64,000 bases of DNA from NCBI GenBank assembly GCA_035652335.1, contig DASRDZ010000010.1, positions 39,594 to 103,593 on the forward strand, in the 5' to 3' direction. Position numbers and translations under genes: made by a program. This DNA is from Candidatus Dormiibacterota bacterium (GTDB taxonomy: Bacteria > Chloroflexota > Dormibacteria > Aeolococcales > Aeolococcaceae). Of this stretch, positions 62,898-64,000 are shown one piece after another. How positions within the stretch are numbered: position 1 is the stretch's first letter; the number at the start of each line of letters is the position of its first letter. The notes below the pieces were generated by a model that saw only the letters and a program-made list of their open reading frames with translations, was not told the DNA's origin and did no database searches.

Positions 62898-64000
62898 GCC
62901 GTCAGCTCGACGGCGCTGAGCTCGGCGATCCGCGCCATCGCCGTCTCCACCGCCTCGCGGCGCGCCGTGAAGCAGAGGCGGAAGCGATCCGGCATCCCGA
63001 ACGCGATGCCGGGCGCGACGATGACGAGCTTCTCGGTGAGCGCCTGGGCGAAGGAGAGCGCGTCCTCCCAGGGGCTGCGCATCCAGAGGTAGAGGCCGCC
63101 CTGCGGCGCCGCGACGTCGAGGCCCGCGTCCTGCGCGCATCGCACCGCATGGTCGCGGCGCTCGCGGAACGGCTGCAGGTCGACGTCCCAGGAGTCGAGG
63201 TGGAGCAGCATGCGCTGCATCGTGGCGGGCGCGTTGACGAAGCCGAGCGCGCGCTGGCACAGCTCCAGGCCCCGCTGCACCTCGACGTCCGCCAGCTCGG
63301 GATGCACCGCGAGATAGCCGATGCGCTCGCCGGCGAGCCCGAGGTCCTTGGAGAAGGAGCGGGCCAGCACCGTGGCGCCGTAGAACTCCATGGCGTTGAG
63401 ACTCTGGTGCGGCGGGTACACCAACCGCCGGTAGACCGCGTCGACGATGAGGACGACGCGCCGCCCGCTGCGCCGGCGATGCTCCTCCAGGAGCGACGCC
63501 AGGGCACGCAGCTCGCCGGCGGTGACGACGTGGCCGCTCGGGTTGTTGGGCGTGTTGAGGATGAGCGCGGCCGTGCGCGGGCTCAGCGCGGACTCGATGC
63601 CGCCGAGGTCGAGCGACATGTCCTCGCGCGAGGGCACCGGCACGAAGCGCGCACCGGCGGCCGCGCAGTAGGCGCGGTACTCGCCGAAATAGGGCACGAC
63701 GCCGATCACCTCGTCGCCGGTGTCGACGAAGGCGCGCAGCGCCAGCGACATCGCGGCCCCGGCGCCGCCGGTCATGGCGACGCACTCGCGAGTCACGCCG
63801 GGGAGCTCGACGTCGAGCGCCGCCCGCTCACGCACCTCGGGGTAGCCGAGGTTGGGCATGTAGCCGAAGCGCTCCCGGCCGCGCTCGGCGGCGGCGCGCT
63901 GCAGTGCCTCGCGCACCTGCGGCGAGGGCTCGCCGAGGGGCTGTCCGAGGGCCAGGTCGCTCACGGCCTCGTCGCCGTGCAGCGCACGCAGGCGCTGTCC
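62894..64000 (-). CDS. Class I/II PLP-dependent aminotransferase; the frame stays open to the window end, so the N-terminus may lie outside the window
   Basis: SFSKDLGLAGERIGY gives the PLP-lysine context, and NTPNNPSGHV is present. A GTG at 63964 is a possible start, but the frame has no stop from there to position 64000. Confidence 0.75.
   Translation of the reverse strand, partial: GQRLRALHGDEAVSDLALGQPLGEPSPQVREALQRAAAERGRERFGYMPNLGYPEVRERAALDVELPGVTRECVAMTGGAGAAMSLALRAFVDTGDEVIGVVPYFGEYRAYCAAAGARFVPVPSREDMSLDLGGIESALSPRTAALILNTPNNPSGHVVTAGELRALASLLEEHRRRSGRRVVLIVDAVYRRLVYPPHQSLNAMEFYGATVLARSFSKDLGLAGERIGYLAVHPELADVEVQRGLELCQRALGFVNAPATMQRMLLHLDSWDVDLQPFRERRDHAVRCAQDAGLDVAAPQGGLYLWMRSPWEDALSFAQALTEKLVIVAPGIAFGMPDRFRLCFTARREAVETAMARIAELSAVELTA

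Noticed and set aside
1-64000. CRISPR arrays, restriction-modification, toxin-antitoxin or other defence systems
   Set aside because: There are no short regularly spaced direct repeats and no nuclease, methyltransferase or helicase signatures. All sizeable ORFs resolve to metabolic, transport, regulatory or envelope functions.

Overview
The window is about 72% GC and looks actinobacterial, possibly Thermoleophilia-like (Conexibacter or Solirubrobacter); that taxonomic call is an inference. It is densely coding on both strands. Because of the GC content the six-frame track is full of Arg/Ala/Pro-rich artefact ORFs; I kept only ORFs whose translations look like real protein families and trimmed their starts using RBS position and translational-coupling overlaps (ATGA, GTGA, TGATG). 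No transposase, integrase, CRISPR or restriction-modification genes were seen.

Content in order:
1. 1-8557: a minus-strand operon of a Pro-rich membrane-anchored protein, a PhyH dioxygenase, a giant 1226-aa glycoside hydrolase and an SMP-30 lactonase, plus an LLM oxidoreductase and a 3'-fragment of a secreted enzyme.
2. 8686-16750: a tightly coupled six-gene Liv-like ABC operon with three odd parts: an MFS-domain/LivF-ATPase chimera, a small 2-TM protein with an Ada-type zinc finger, and a 591-aa divergent substrate-binding lipoprotein.
3. 16.8-45.9 kb: a carbohydrate and sugar-acid utilisation region. It holds GH51, GH63-like, GH31, GH38-like enzymes, a Cys-type sulfatase, a CocE/NonD hydrolase, a ROK regulator, AKR/ADH/SDR dehydrogenases, two enolase-superfamily dehydratases, an RraA-like aldolase, and a coupled APH-like kinase - enolase - FAH operon. 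Four PhyH-family Fe/2OG dioxygenase paralogs are interleaved, two of them translationally coupled to glycoside hydrolases.
4. 46-52.5 kb: a σ70-like promoter driving a secreted/polytopic membrane protein and standalone BluB; then a 270-nt leader and a GT4-GH130 fusion gene coupled to a hypothetical (α/α)6-like protein.
5. 52.7-60.6 kb: a Crp/Fnr regulator, then a standalone MprF C-domain/VlmA-like aminoacyl-tRNA-dependent transferase gene flanked by two tRNA-Ser genes (TGA on the minus strand, GCT on the plus strand). Next come a 1155-aa secreted TPR protein ending in a site-2-protease (M50-like, HETGH) membrane domain, and a Tat-like secreted S15 hydrolase with a clean hairpin terminator.
6. 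60.6-64 kb: an SDR, then a coupled aminotransferase - FAH - DinB operon whose aminotransferase runs off the window.

The most novel-looking candidates are the tRNA-Ser-flanked transferase together with the TPR-S2P protein, the chimeric ABC/MFS transporter with its Ada zinc-finger protein, the kinase-enolase-FAH operon, the GT4-GH130 fusion, and the repeated PhyH-CAZyme pairings.
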